DNA of 64,000 nt from an uncultured bacterium (lineage in GTDB: Bacteria > Krumholzibacteriota > Krumholzibacteriia > LZORAL124-64-63), in NCBI GenBank assembly GCA_963727525.1, contig CAVSGO010000003.1, forward strand, positions 451,831 to 515,830, in the 5' to 3' direction. Of this stretch, positions 29,367 through 39,952 are shown in pieces. The notes beneath the pieces were generated by a model. That model was not told the DNA's origin, ran no database searches, and worked only from the letters and a program-made list of their open reading frames with translations. Within the stretch, counting starts at the first letter, position 1. Each line of letters starts with the position of its first letter. The position numbers were made by a program, and so were the translations under genes.

Positions 29367-29590
29367 CGACTCGCCCAGTACCAGCACCGCGATCACACCG
29401 GTGATGACGGGGATGGCGAGCTGGTAGGCGCCGGCGCAATGCGAGCACGCACGTGGGACTCATTGCGCCGGCGAGGATGCGCGTGGCGGTGGTCAGGCCC
29501 GGGTCGAGCATCCCGCGCGACACGATGGTGCGCGTCATCAGGCTGTTCAGCGAGAACGACAGCGGAACGAAACCCAGACCGAGGGCGAGT
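29367..29590 (-). pseudogene. Remnant of DMT/EamA-family transporter gene (N- and C-terminal fragments joined)
   Basis: One frame reads FSLNSLMTR..SRGMLDPGLTTATRILAGA (EamA N-terminal-like); another reads AYQLAIPVITGVIAVLVLGE (EamA C-terminal-like); the middle is absent. Confidence 0.55.
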
Positions 29591-29606
29591 CGATCTCGTT
29601 CGAGCG

Positions 29607-30299
29607 TCAACCTTCGAGATAGTAGTGGCGCTGGGCCTGCAGCCGGTCGTCCAGTTCGTAGACGAGGGGCTTGCCCGTGGGGATCTCCAGCTTGGGGATC
29701 TCCTCGTCGGACACCTGGTCGAGGTGCTTCACGAGGGCGCGCAGACTGTTGCCGTGGGCGGCGATGATCAGGCGCCTGCCGGCCTGGAGCTGCGGCACGA
29801 TCGTCTCGTGCCAGTAGGGCAGCACGCGCTCGAGCGTGAGTTTCAGCGATTCCACGCGGGGGATGTCGGCGGCGGCGAGGCTGGCGTAGGGACCGGACGG
29901 CGCGATGAGGCGCGGGTCGCCGTTCGGCAACGCGGGCGGCGGCGTGTCGTAGCTGCGGCGCCAGACGTGCACCTGCTCGTCGCCGTACTTGTCGGCCGTG
30001 TCCTTCTTGTTCAGCCCCTGCAGGGCGCCGTAGTGGCGCTCGTTCAGTCGCCACGAGTTGTGTATGGGCAGCCACATCTGGTCGACCTCGTCGAGCACGA
30101 TCCAGAGCGTGCGGATGGCACGCCGGAGCACGGATGTGTAGGCCGCGTCGAATGCGTAGCCACCCTCGCGCAGAAGGCGTCCGGCCTGCTGGGCTTCCTC
30201 GCGGCCCTTGTCGGACAGGTCGATGTCCTTCCAACCCGTGAATCGATTCTCGAGATTCCACAGGCTCTGACCATGTCGGACCAGTACGAGCTTCAGCAT
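29607..30299 (-). CDS. gpmA: 2,3-bisphosphoglycerate-dependent phosphoglycerate mutase
   Basis: [45 protein letters not shown]. Confidence 0.97.
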   Translation of the reverse strand: MLKLVLVRHGQSLWNLENRFTGWKDIDLSDKGREEAQQAGRLLREGGYAFDAAYTSVLRRAIRTLWIVLDEVDQMWLPIHNSWRLNERHYGALQGLNKKDTADKYGDEQVHVWRRSYDTPPPALPNGDPRLIAPSGPYASLAAADIPRVESLKLTLERVLPYWHETIVPQLQAGRRLIIAAHGNSLRALVKHLDQVSDEEIPKLEIPTGKPLVYELDDRLQAQRHYYLEG

Positions 30300-30493
30300 G
30301 GATTCTCCGCCTTTCGTTCCCCGTTCGATCGCACCGTCGCTCAAGGTACATCGGTAGGGCCGTGGTCGCCGCTCGCGCGGCGGCTTGCCACGGCGCTCAG
30401 GTCGCATACATTGAGGCGCGGACTCGCGACGAACGCCGCCGGGTTCGGTCGACAATCCACCGTTTCGGTCGACAATCAAGGAGAGTTGCGACG

Positions 30494-31864
30494 ATGACGC
30501 CGTCTCATGGACGCGGCTGCAACCGCCTGACCATGTGGGGCCTCGCCTTGCTGATCATCGCAAGCCCGGTCGCGGCGTGGGCGCAGGCTGCCGACAGCAC
30601 CTCCGCTCCCCTCGATCTGGGCACGGTGCTCGATCTTGCCGGCGCGGGATCGCGCGCCGCGGCGCAGGCCGGCTCCGATCTCGATGCGGCCGAGGCCGTG
30701 ATCCGCAAGGCCAAGGCGAACTGGTGGCCCTCCGTCGATCTGGATGCGAAATACCTTGTGCACGACAACGCCATCGAGGCGCAAGCCGGCGCGTTTCGCT
30801 TCCCCACGTCCGAGAAGGCCAGCGGGCAGTACGAGCTGAGTGCGCGCGAGCTGCTCTTCGACGGGGGCCGGCGCGGTCTGGCCGTGACGCAGGCCGAGCG
30901 CCAGGCCGACGCCGTCCGCAGCGCCGGGCGGGCCGACGTGCAGCAGACGCAGCTCGACGCGATGGATGCCTTCCTCACCGCGCTCGAGCTGGCTGGTCGC
31001 CGCCATGTGCTGGAGCAGCGCCTCGCCGCGCTGAAGGCCCATCAGAAGGTCGTGTCCGACCTTTACGACCACGGCCTGACGGCACGCAACGACGTGTTGG
31101 AGACGGGTGTCCGGGTTCGCGAGGTGGAGGATCGCATCGCCGCGGTGCAGAACCAGCGCGAGGTGGCCGCACGCGACCTCAACCGGAAACTGGGGCGCGA
31201 TCCGCAGCCGTCGCCGACCCTTCCGGACTCGTTGCCGCCGCCGCCGCCCCTGTCTGCCGATCGCCAGACGCTCCTGGCGGACGCGACGCAGGAGAACGCG
31301 CGAGTCCGGGCCGCCGCCGACCGTCTGGCCGCCAGCCGGGCCACGGTGAACCTGGCGCGGCGCATGTGGATCCCGAGTCTCTTCGTGGGGGCGTCCCATG
31401 CCTTCCAGGAGAATCAGTACCTCGTCCACCAGTTCGTGAACACGATCATGGCCGGCGTGAGCTGGAACGTCTTCGACGGCGGCGCGCGTTCGGCCGACGT
31501 GATGCGCGCCGAAGCCGGGGCCACGGCGGCCGTGCGCGACCAGGTCGAGGTGCAACGCGCGGTAGCAGTGGCCGTGGACGCCGCCTGGATGTCCTGGGAC
31601 CAGACGCGCCGCGAGGAACGCACCGCGCGCGCCAACGTCGACGCCGCCCGGGAAAACCTGCGCATCGTCGAGGACCAGTACCAGAACGGGGTGGCACGCT
31701 CGAGCGATGTTCTCGAAGCCGAGGCGCTCCTCGCCCAGAGCCGCTTCGACGTGATCACGCGCTACTACGCCACATACCGGGCCCAGGCGGACCTGCTCGT
31801 CGCCGCCGGGCGTGATCTCGTGGCCTTCTACGGCGGTGCCGGCAGCGGCGCCGGGGAGCACTGA
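30494..31864 (+). CDS. TolC family outer membrane efflux protein
   Basis: Signal peptide; two OEP repeats (LFDGG, WNVFDGG, YQNG...DVLEAE); first gene of pump operon. Confidence 0.88.
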   Translation: MTPSHGRGCNRLTMWGLALLIIASPVAAWAQAADSTSAPLDLGTVLDLAGAGSRAAAQAGSDLDAAEAVIRKAKANWWPSVDLDAKYLVHDNAIEAQAGAFRFPTSEKASGQYELSARELLFDGGRRGLAVTQAERQADAVRSAGRADVQQTQLDAMDAFLTALELAGRRHVLEQRLAALKAHQKVVSDLYDHGLTARNDVLETGVRVREVEDRIAAVQNQREVAARDLNRKLGRDPQPSPTLPDSLPPPPPLSADRQTLLADATQENARVRAAADRLAASRATVNLARRMWIPSLFVGASHAFQENQYLVHQFVNTIMAGVSWNVFDGGARSADVMRAEAGATAAVRDQVEVQRAVAVAVDAAWMSWDQTRREERTARANVDAARENLRIVEDQYQNGVARSSDVLEAEALLAQSRFDVITRYYATYRAQADLLVAAGRDLVAFYGGAGSGAGEH

Positions 31865-31866
31865 GT

Positions 31867-32868
31867 ATGAACCGCAAATGGATCGGCCTCATCGTGATCG
31901 TCGTGGTTGCCATCGGCCTCGTGTTCGCCGGTTACCTGCACCTGCAGCACGGCCGCATCTTTCCATCCACCGACGACGCCTACGTGGGCGGCACCGTGTA
32001 TCCCATGGCCAGCCGCGTGCACGGGACGCTCACCGACGTGCTCGTCTCCGAGAACGAGCGCGTGGAGGCGGGCGCCGTGGTGGCGCGGCTCGACGCCCGC
32101 GATCTCGACGAGGCCGTGTCCAAGTCCGAGGCTCAGCTCGCCAAGGCCCAGGCCGTGCTCGAGCAGGACCGCGCCAACATCGCCGGCGCCCAGGCTCAGA
32201 TCGAGGTGGCCCGGAGCCAGGCCGACCAGGCGCGTGCCGATCGTGCGCGGTACTCCGCGCTGCAGGAGAAGGGTTCGGCGCCAGAACGTCAGGCGGAGCA
32301 GGCGCGCACCACGTCCGCCGTGGCCGATGCTCAGGTTTCAGCGGCCGAGAAGGCACTGGTGGCCGCGCGCGCGCGGCTGACCGTGGACGAGAAGGAGGTT
32401 GCGCGCTATAAGGCGGAGCTGAGCAATGCCAGGCTGCAAAGGTCGTACACCACGGTCACGGCGCCCGTGGGAGGTATGGTGGCCGACAAGTCGGCCTCGG
32501 TGGGGCAGGTGGTCCAGGCGGGACAGCCGCTGTGCCGGATCGTGCCCCTCGAGGGCGACGACGTGTATGTCGACGCCAATTTCAAGGAGACGCAGCTCCA
32601 GCGCATACGGCCGGGCCAGCCGGTGACGATCGAGGTGGACGCGATCGCTGATCATGAGTTCGAGGGCACGGTGTCGGCCATCGGCGCCGGCACCGGCGCG
32701 GCCTTCGCGTTGCTGCCGCCGGAGAACGCCAGCGGCAACTGGGTGAAAATCGTGCAGCGCATCCCGGTGCGCGTCAAATTCAACGGGGGCGATTCGGAGG
32801 CCTACCGCCTGCGCCTGGGCCTGTCGACCAAGGTCACGGTGGATACGCGCTCGGTGGACGCGCGGTGA
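31867..32868 (+). CDS. emrA: HlyD/EmrA family membrane fusion protein
   Basis: STDDAYV, ANFKETQL, GTGAAFALLPPENASGNWVKIVQRIPV. Confidence 0.92.
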   Translation: MNRKWIGLIVIVVVAIGLVFAGYLHLQHGRIFPSTDDAYVGGTVYPMASRVHGTLTDVLVSENERVEAGAVVARLDARDLDEAVSKSEAQLAKAQAVLEQDRANIAGAQAQIEVARSQADQARADRARYSALQEKGSAPERQAEQARTTSAVADAQVSAAEKALVAARARLTVDEKEVARYKAELSNARLQRSYTTVTAPVGGMVADKSASVGQVVQAGQPLCRIVPLEGDDVYVDANFKETQLQRIRPGQPVTIEVDAIADHEFEGTVSAIGAGTGAAFALLPPENASGNWVKIVQRIPVRVKFNGGDSEAYRLRLGLSTKVTVDTRSVDAR

Positions 32869-34430
32869 TGTTTTCCGGTCGTGGCAACGGCCGACCGGCC
32901 CCGAACAAGTTCATGGTGGCCGGCACCGTGATGATCGGTACGCTGATGGAGGTCATCGACACGTCGGTGGCCAACGTCTCACTGCCGCACATGCAGGGCA
33001 CGTTCTCGGCCGGTGTGGACGAGATCACCTGGGTGATCACATCATACCTCGTGGCCAACGCCATCATCCTGCCGCTCAGCGGCTGGCTGGGCAACTACTT
33101 CGGGCGCAAACGCTCCTATCTCACCTGCCTCGTCGTGTTCACTCTCGCCTCGGTGGGCTCGGGTGCGGCGCTGTCGCTGCCCATGCTCATCGGCATGCGC
33201 GTGTTGCAGGGACTGGCCGGCGGCGCCATGGTGCCGATGTCGCAGGCCATCCTGCTGGAGTCGTTCCCCAAGGAGGAGCACGGCAAGGCCATGGCGCTCT
33301 TCGGCGTGGGCGTGATCTTCGGCCCGATCATCGGTCCCACGCTCGGCGGCTATATCACCGACACGGTGGGCTGGCGCTGGGTGTTCTACATCAACGCGCC
33401 GCTCGGTCTGATCGGTGTGCTGCTCGGTCTGCTCTTCATCGTCGACCCGTCGTACCTGAAACGGCCCGAGGGGCGTATCGATTTTCTCAGCTTCATCTTC
33501 ATCGCCGTGGGGCTTGGCAGTCTCGAGGTGCTACTCAACCGGGGCCAGCGCTACGACTGGTTCTCCAGCCCGCTGATCCAGGTGCTCGCCCTGATGACGG
33601 CGGTGGGCCTGGCGCTCTTCATCTGGCGCTCGTTCACGGCGGAGCGGCCGCTGGTGGATCTGCGCGTCTTCAAGAGCCGACCGTTCATGGTCGGCACGTT
33701 TCTGATGTTCTTGCTGGGGTTCGGCCTCTACGGGTCGTTCACGATGCTGCCGCTCTTCGTGCAGCAGATGCTGGGGTACACGGCCACCTGGGCCGGCCTC
33801 GTGCTCTCGCCCGGCGGCCTGATGTCCCTGGTGGCCATGGTCTTCGTGGGCAACCTGGTGGGTCGCGTCGACACGCGTCTGCTCGTGCTGTTCGGCGCCC
33901 TGATGAACATCGCGTCGCTCTACGTGTTGCAGCACGTGTACCTGGGCGTCGACTTCTGGCACGTGACGATGTCGCGCCTCTTGCAGGGCTTCGGGCTGGG
34001 GTTCCTCTTCGTGCCGTTGACGACCGTGGCCTTCGCGGGCCTGCGCCCCGAACAGATGGGCCAAGCCGCCGGTTTGTTCAACCTGCTGCGCAACGAGGGC
34101 GGGTCGGTGGGCATCGCTATCGCCTCGACGGTGCTGGCGCGCCACACGCAGCTCCACCATGCGCGCCTGGTCGAGAACCTCACGCCGGGCAATCCGGTGC
34201 TGCACGAACGGGTGGCGGCGATGACCCAGGGGCTGGGCGCGGCCGCCGGTACCGATCCGACAACCGCGCAGCATATGGCGTACAAGGCGGTGACCGGGCA
34301 ACTCTGGGCGCAGGCTCACGTGATCGCTTATAACGACGTATTCTGGATGCTCACGCTGGCCTTCGTCGGCTTCCTGCCGTTCATCCTCTTCCTGGGCGGC
34401 AAGGCGCGCAGGGGGCCCGTGGGGCACTAG
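32865..34430 (+). CDS. emrB: DHA2 (EmrB/QacA) MFS efflux permease
   Basis: [46 protein letters not shown]. Confidence 0.92.
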   Translation: MMFSGRGNGRPAPNKFMVAGTVMIGTLMEVIDTSVANVSLPHMQGTFSAGVDEITWVITSYLVANAIILPLSGWLGNYFGRKRSYLTCLVVFTLASVGSGAALSLPMLIGMRVLQGLAGGAMVPMSQAILLESFPKEEHGKAMALFGVGVIFGPIIGPTLGGYITDTVGWRWVFYINAPLGLIGVLLGLLFIVDPSYLKRPEGRIDFLSFIFIAVGLGSLEVLLNRGQRYDWFSSPLIQVLALMTAVGLALFIWRSFTAERPLVDLRVFKSRPFMVGTFLMFLLGFGLYGSFTMLPLFVQQMLGYTATWAGLVLSPGGLMSLVAMVFVGNLVGRVDTRLLVLFGALMNIASLYVLQHVYLGVDFWHVTMSRLLQGFGLGFLFVPLTTVAFAGLRPEQMGQAAGLFNLLRNEGGSVGIAIASTVLARHTQLHHARLVENLTPGNPVLHERVAAMTQGLGAAAGTDPTTAQHMAYKAVTGQLWAQAHVIAYNDVFWMLTLAFVGFLPFILFLGGKARRGPVGH

Positions 34431-35215
34431 TCTCCACTGAGCATCCTGCCGAGACCGCCGAGCACCGAACCCTCACCCTGGCTCTTGCCGCCGTGGCGCG
34501 GCGCGCTGGCGATGATGCGATCGGCCAGTCGCGAGAACGGCAGCGACTGCAGGTACACGGTGCCGTGCCCGCGCAGTGTCACCAGGAACAACCCCTCGCC
34601 ACCGAAGATCATGCTCTTGAGGTTGCCGGCGCGCTGGATGTCGTAATCGATTCCCTTGGTGAATCCCACGAGGCAGCCGGTGTCCACGCGTAGCGTCTCG
34701 CCGTCGAGGTCCTTGCGCACCACCGTACCGCCGGCGTGGGCGAAGGCCATGCCGTCGCCCTCGAGCTTCTCGAGAATGAAGCCCTCGCCGCCGAAGAAGC
34801 CGGTGCCCAGGCGTCGCTGCAGCGTGATCGACAGGCTCGTACCGAGCGCGGCGCAAAGGAACGCGTCCTTCTGGCAGACGAAGCTGCCGCCGTGCTGCGC
34901 CAGGTCGAGGGGAATGATCCTGCCTGGATACGGCGCCGCGAAGGCCGCCCGCTTCTTGCCCTGCCCGGCGTTCGTGAAATGGGTGAGGAAGATCGACTCG
35001 CCAGTGAGCACGCGCTTGCCGATGCTCAGCAACGAGTCCATGAGCCCCGCACCGGGCTTCGAGCCGTCGCCCATGCGGGCCTCGAAGGAGATGCCGTCGT
35101 CCATGTAGTTGAGCGCGCCTGCCTCGGCGATGACCGTCTCGCCGGGGTCCAGCTCGACCTCCACGATCTGCATATCGTCGCCCAGGATCTCGTAGTCGAT
35201 CTCGTGACTCCGCAT
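34427..35215 (-). CDS. TIGR00266 / AIM24 family protein
   Basis: [48 protein letters not shown]. Confidence 0.92.
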   Translation of the reverse strand: MRSHEIDYEILGDDMQIVEVELDPGETVIAEAGALNYMDDGISFEARMGDGSKPGAGLMDSLLSIGKRVLTGESIFLTHFTNAGQGKKRAAFAAPYPGRIIPLDLAQHGGSFVCQKDAFLCAALGTSLSITLQRRLGTGFFGGEGFILEKLEGDGMAFAHAGGTVVRKDLDGETLRVDTGCLVGFTKGIDYDIQRAGNLKSMIFGGEGLFLVTLRGHGTVYLQSLPFSRLADRIIASAPRHGGKSQGEGSVLGGLGRMLSGD

Positions 35216-35423
35216 CGTCCGGTCCTCCTCATCGTTCCTCTTGATGTCCTCTGGTGCCGCGCACTGGCCGGGCACTACGTGACACCGCGTCTCGAGTTGC
35301 GTGATTCGCGTATCTTATGATAGCGCAAATCTATGGGGCATAGCGCGGTAAAGATGTTGCTAGGTTGCGCGGCGGCTGCTTTCCGCTACACTCGGCGCCA
35401 GCTCGAGGAACCGAGGAGTGCTC

Positions 35424-35603
35424 ATGAGCAGGACCTGGCCGTGTCCCGTGTGCGGTTCGACGATCACGGTGTCCGAGGTGACCGGATCGATCCGCGTGCG
35501 ATGCCCGAGCTGCGATACCGAGTTCACGGTGCCGCTCAGGAAGGCAGCGGCAGCCAATCGCACCGGTTCGGGACGCGACGAGAACAACCATCAAGACGAC
35601 TGA
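35424..35603 (+). CDS. Small zinc-ribbon protein
   Basis: CPVCG...VRCPSCDTEF; GAGGAG RBS 5 nt before ATG. Confidence 0.65.
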   Translation: MSRTWPCPVCGSTITVSEVTGSIRVRCPSCDTEFTVPLRKAAAANRTGSGRDENNHQDD

Positions 35604-36763
35604 ACCCGACTCACCCGCGGAATATTCACTCCGTCGAGCGTTGTGAGCGTCGAGAACTGCTCGGCGGCCAAGCAGCTGTGAACGGGCGCGATCAGGACGA
35701 CGTCGCCCGGCTTCAGCGCCGCGATTGTCTCGGCGTCGCCTCGTATCACGCCATGCTCCTGCGTCAGGCTCACGACGCGCATCCGAGGCCACAGCGCGCC
35801 GAGACCGACTTCCCCGAGTCCTTCCTCCCTGAGCGTCATCACCTCGCCGTAGCTCTCCCCATCATCGCTTGCGAGCCTCTCCTTGCTCAGGTGCACCGCA
35901 CCGCCATGCACGACGAGGCGCCCGTCGTCCGGATAGACGCCGAGCACCGGACACGCGACGGCGCAGGCGATGCGACGGGCCGCGCAGATCCCGGCGCGGT
36001 GTTGCATGAGATCGAAGAATACGAAGTTGCCGGCGCGTACCTCGTCGACACCCTGCCAGTCTGCGGTGCTGACGCACCCGGGCGTATCGCCCACCGAGAT
36101 CTCTCCCGCCGGTAGCCCCGTCGCGACCACCGCGGACCGCGCCGCCTGCATCCGGACACGCACCGTGACGAAGACCTGCGCCGCGGCGTCCGCGCCTTGC
36201 GCGTGGTAGCTCTGGCCGGCATGGGTGAGCAGTCCGGCGTACTCGAGATCGGCGCGGGCGGCGATCGCGCGCACGACGCCGGTGATGCCAGCGTTGTCTT
36301 CCCACGGGATGCCCGTACGCCCGTAGCCTGCATCGATCTTCACCCAGGCGCGCAGTGGGCGCCCGCTCGGCGTTTCGAGCGCCCGCACCACATCGGCGCG
36401 ATCGACGAGCACGCCCAGGCGCACGCGCGCGGCCAGCGCCGCGATGTCCGTGACCTGGCGCGGGTTGACGAGGATCGCCACGGTGATGTCCTCCCAGCCG
36501 TGGGCGGCGAATCCGGCGGCCATGTCGAGACTGCTCACCGTAATCGCTGTCACGCCGGCGTCACGCATCCACGCTGCGATCATCGGCGCCTGGTGGGTCT
36601 TGACGTGCGGCCGCAACCGTACGCCGCGAGTCTGCGCGCGCTCGGCGAGTAGCGCGATGTTGGCCCGCACCCGCGCCTCGTCGACCAAGACGGTGGGCCG
36701 GACGATGTTCAGCGCGGCGAGCCGGCGACTCGTGTCTCGTAATGATGCGGCGAGATCGGGCAT
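35591..36763 (-). CDS. PLP-dependent fold-type III enzyme (D-serine dehydratase/D-threonine aldolase, DSD1-like)
   Basis: LRPHVKTH (PLP Lys), HAGQSY, GDTP, EVRAGNFVFFD, QEHG, PVHSC. Confidence 0.9.
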   Translation of the reverse strand: MPDLAASLRDTSRRLAALNIVRPTVLVDEARVRANIALLAERAQTRGVRLRPHVKTHQAPMIAAWMRDAGVTAITVSSLDMAAGFAAHGWEDITVAILVNPRQVTDIAALAARVRLGVLVDRADVVRALETPSGRPLRAWVKIDAGYGRTGIPWEDNAGITGVVRAIAARADLEYAGLLTHAGQSYHAQGADAAAQVFVTVRVRMQAARSAVVATGLPAGEISVGDTPGCVSTADWQGVDEVRAGNFVFFDLMQHRAGICAARRIACAVACPVLGVYPDDGRLVVHGGAVHLSKERLASDDGESYGEVMTLREEGLGEVGLGALWPRMRVVSLTQEHGVIRGDAETIAALKPGDVVLIAPVHSCLAAEQFSTLTTLDGVNIPRVSRVQSS

Positions 36764-37563
36764 CAGGACTCCCGTCGATGGATGGCATCCACGCATAGTT
36801 GATGCCGCGCCGTGAAGAGACGGCGCAGGGCGAGCAACGTGACGCCGATGCAGCCCAGGCTCGTGGCCGCGGCGATCATGAACATGACGACGATCTGGTA
36901 CGCGACCGCGCCCAGCGGGTCGGCGCCCGCGAGGATCTGGCCGGTCATCATACCCGGCAGCGACACGATGCCCACCACTGTCATGCTGTTGATGATCGGG
37001 ATCATGCCACGACGCACGGCGTCCCTGAGTGGCGGCCGCGCGGCCTCCCAGCGCGACGCCCCCAGCGCCAGCTCGGCCTCCACGAGATCGTGCCGGTCGG
37101 CCAGGGCGCCGAGGAAGGCGTCGAGGCTCAGCGAGATCCCGGTGAGGCCGTTGCCCAGGATCATGCCCAACAACGGGATGAAGTAGCGCGGCGCGTACCA
37201 CGGCGTGGGCCGCACGACGACCGCGGTCACGACGGTGGTGACCACGAGCCCGGTGAGCAGCAGGGTGACGAAAGCGTCACCGAACGCCCCGCGCACGCTG
37301 TGGCTGGGCCGATCGAGGGCCGCGCGCGCCGCCGCGGTGATCATCACCAGGGCCATGCCCAGCACCGCGATCAGACTGCCCCAGCCGAAGATGACTTTCA
37401 GCACGTAGCCCACGAGCAGGAGCTGCACCACCGTGCGCACCGACGCCAGCGCGAGCCGCCGGCCCAGCCCGAGCTGCAGCGCCGCGCTCACGGCCCCGGC
37501 CACGAGCACAAGGCTCGCCGCCAGAGCCAGGTCGCCGATGCTCAGGGGAACGGCGCCGGTCAT
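36763..37563 (-). CDS. fetB: ABC transporter permease, FetB/YbbM (UPF0014) family
   Basis: RTVVQLLLVGYVL, IPLLGMILGN, LALGAS..EA, GIVSLPGMMTGQILAG.DP..AVAYQI. Confidence 0.9.
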   Translation of the reverse strand: MTGAVPLSIGDLALAASLVLVAGAVSAALQLGLGRRLALASVRTVVQLLLVGYVLKVIFGWGSLIAVLGMALVMITAAARAALDRPSHSVRGAFGDAFVTLLLTGLVVTTVVTAVVVRPTPWYAPRYFIPLLGMILGNGLTGISLSLDAFLGALADRHDLVEAELALGASRWEAARPPLRDAVRRGMIPIINSMTVVGIVSLPGMMTGQILAGADPLGAVAYQIVVMFMIAAATSLGCIGVTLLALRRLFTARHQLCVDAIHRRES

Positions 37564-38213
37564 GGCGTCTCCCGCACGAAGGCATCGAGATCGAGCATCC
37601 GGTCCCACCAAGCGTCGGCGTCGTCGGCGCGGGTGTGGGTGGCGACGAGGGCAGCCGCGCTCCCACCGGCGCATGCTTCGCGCACTACCGAGTGCACGGC
37701 CGCGGCGGACGCGGGGTCGAGGGCGCTGTCGGGCTCGTCGAGGAGGAACACAGTGGGAGTCACCAGCACCGCGCGCGCCAGATGAACGCGCTGCTGCTGC
37801 CCGACTGAGAGCTTCGCGGCCAGCGCGTCGGCGGCGACGTTGTCCAGGCGCAGACGATCGAGGAGTCGGCGTGCGGCCTCGCGGTCGAGGTGGGCGCCCA
37901 GCGCGGAACGGTAGGCGAACGGCCGCGCGAGGTTCGCCTCGACGCTGCCGGGGAAGATGACGGGCTTCTGGGACACCAGCACCACCTGCCGCCGGAACGC
38001 GGGCCAGCCGAGGGTCTCCGTATCCTGCCCGCGCAGCGTGATCGTTCCCGCGGGCGCATCCTGGAGGCCGGCGATCGTGCGCAGCAGCGACGTCTTGCCC
38101 CCGCCCGACGGCCCGCGCACGGCCACCACCTCGCCGCCGGCGAGATCCAGGTCGAGCCCGCGCACGAGGTCGCGACCACCAGTACGCACGGTGACATCAC
38201 GCAGGGAGAGCAC
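37560..38213 (-). CDS. ABC transporter ATP-binding protein (FetA/YbbL-like)
   Basis: Walker A GPSGGGKT, LSVGQQQR, LLDEP; start uncertain. Confidence 0.88.
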   Translation of the reverse strand: MLSLRDVTVRTGGRDLVRGLDLDLAGGEVVAVRGPSGGGKTSLLRTIAGLQDAPAGTITLRGQDTETLGWPAFRRQVVLVSQKPVIFPGSVEANLARPFAYRSALGAHLDREAARRLLDRLRLDNVAADALAAKLSVGQQQRVHLARAVLVTPTVFLLDEPDSALDPASAAAVHSVVREACAGGSAAALVATHTRADDADAWWDRMLDLDAFVRETP

Positions 38214-38513
38214 AATATTCGCGGTCACGACAGGCTCCGCGGCCGGCGCCGCGGCCGGTGCCCGGGCGCCCGAGAAGGAGACATCGACGCTGGGCGGCTC
38301 ATCGGCCTGCTCGTAGTCGCTGATGACGAGACCATGCGCCCGGCGCATGCGAGTATAGGTTCAGGCGCGGAATCCGTCGAGGGTGGCGGGCCACCCGGGG
38401 ATCTCACCGTCCGCAGGAGGTTGGGGGGGCGATCCGATCCATGCTGGCCACGACCGCCGCCGCACCTGTAGAATCGCACCGTGTTTTCGCCCCTGGACGA
38501 TGGGAAGACCAGC

Positions 38514-39944
38514 ATGCGAACGCGATCACTCCACATGGCCGGGCTCGCCACGTCACTCGTGCTCCTCCTGGTGGGCCCGTCGATCCCCGCCCTCGCGCGC
38601 CAGCCCCACCCCGACCCGCTCGTCGAGCAGAAGCTCCAGTGGTTCCAGGACCAGAAGCTCGGGCTGTTGATGCACTGGGGGCCATACTGTCAGTGGGGCG
38701 TGGTGGAGAGCTGGAGCATCTGCCCCGAGGACGAGGACTGGACGAAGCGGCGCGGGCCGTATGCCGACGACTACTTTGCCTACGTCGACGCTTACGAGCG
38801 TCTGCAGACGACTTTCGATCCCGTGAAGTTCGACCCCGACGCCTGGGCGCTGGCGGCTCGCGCGGCCGGGATGCGCTACGTCGTCTTCACCACGAAGCAT
38901 CACGACGGCTTCTGCATGTTCGACACGCACCAAACCGACTACAAGATCACCGCTGCGTCCTGTCCGTTCAGCCGCGATCCACGCGCTGACGTGACGCACG
39001 CCATCTTCACCGCGTTCCGCGCGCAGGGCTTAGGGATCGGCGCCTATTTCTCCAAGCCCGACTGGCACAGCCCCGACTACTGGTGGCCGTACTTCCCGCC
39101 CTTCGACCGCAACGTGAACTACGACATCCCCGAGTATCCGGCGCGCTGGGAGGCGTTCAAGGCGTTCACGTACGCGCAGGTCGAGGAACTGATGACGGGT
39201 TACGGAACGGTCGACATCCTGTGGCTCGACGGCGGCTGGGTGCAGCCCATGACGGCGACGTCGCCGCGCTGGGGCAAGAGCCCTTGCGACCAGGACATCG
39301 ACATGCCGCGGATCGCCACCATGGCGCGGGGTCACCAGCCGGGCCTGATCATCGTCGATCGCGCCGTCGACGGCCCGTACCAGGACTACCGCACCCCCGA
39401 GCAGGAGGTGCCGGACACGCCCCCGGACGCCGTCTGGGAGACGTGCATGACGATGGGCACGTCCTGGAGCTACGTGTCCGACGACACCTACAAGCCGGCC
39501 GCACAGCTGGTGCACCTGCTCGTGGAGATCGTCGCGAGGGGTGGCAACCTGCTCCTGAACATCGGTCCGGGTCCCGGGGGCGAGTTGCCGCCCGTGTCGC
39601 TGGATCGGCTGGCGGAGCTGGGGGCGTGGCTCGACGTCAACGGCCCGGCCATCTACGCCACGCGCGCCATCGCACCTTATCAGGATGGCGATGTCTGTTA
39701 CACGCGTTCCGCCGATGGCACGCTGAACGTCATCGTCCTCCTGAGCGGCGACGAGGCGCCCGGGACCGAGGTCGTCGTCCCGTCGTTCGCGCCGCGGACG
39801 GGAGGGGAGGTGACCCTGCTCGGCGGCCACGCACCGCTGATCTGGCAACCGCGGGGCGAGGGCTGTGTGATCACGATCCCTGCAGACATCCGGCGGCACC
39901 CGCCCTGCGGATACGCCTGGACGCTGCGGTTCCAGCCGAGGTGA
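38514..39944 (+). CDS. Alpha-L-fucosidase (GH29)
   Basis: HWG.Y, TTKHHDGF, LWLDGGW, WETCMT, GGNLLLNIGP; signal peptide. Confidence 0.94.
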   Translation: MRTRSLHMAGLATSLVLLLVGPSIPALARQPHPDPLVEQKLQWFQDQKLGLLMHWGPYCQWGVVESWSICPEDEDWTKRRGPYADDYFAYVDAYERLQTTFDPVKFDPDAWALAARAAGMRYVVFTTKHHDGFCMFDTHQTDYKITAASCPFSRDPRADVTHAIFTAFRAQGLGIGAYFSKPDWHSPDYWWPYFPPFDRNVNYDIPEYPARWEAFKAFTYAQVEELMTGYGTVDILWLDGGWVQPMTATSPRWGKSPCDQDIDMPRIATMARGHQPGLIIVDRAVDGPYQDYRTPEQEVPDTPPDAVWETCMTMGTSWSYVSDDTYKPAAQLVHLLVEIVARGGNLLLNIGPGPGGELPPVSLDRLAELGAWLDVNGPAIYATRAIAPYQDGDVCYTRSADGTLNVIVLLSGDEAPGTEVVVPSFAPRTGGEVTLLGGHAPLIWQPRGEGCVITIPADIRRHPPCGYAWTLRFQPR

Positions 39945-39952
39945 GGCCGCCG

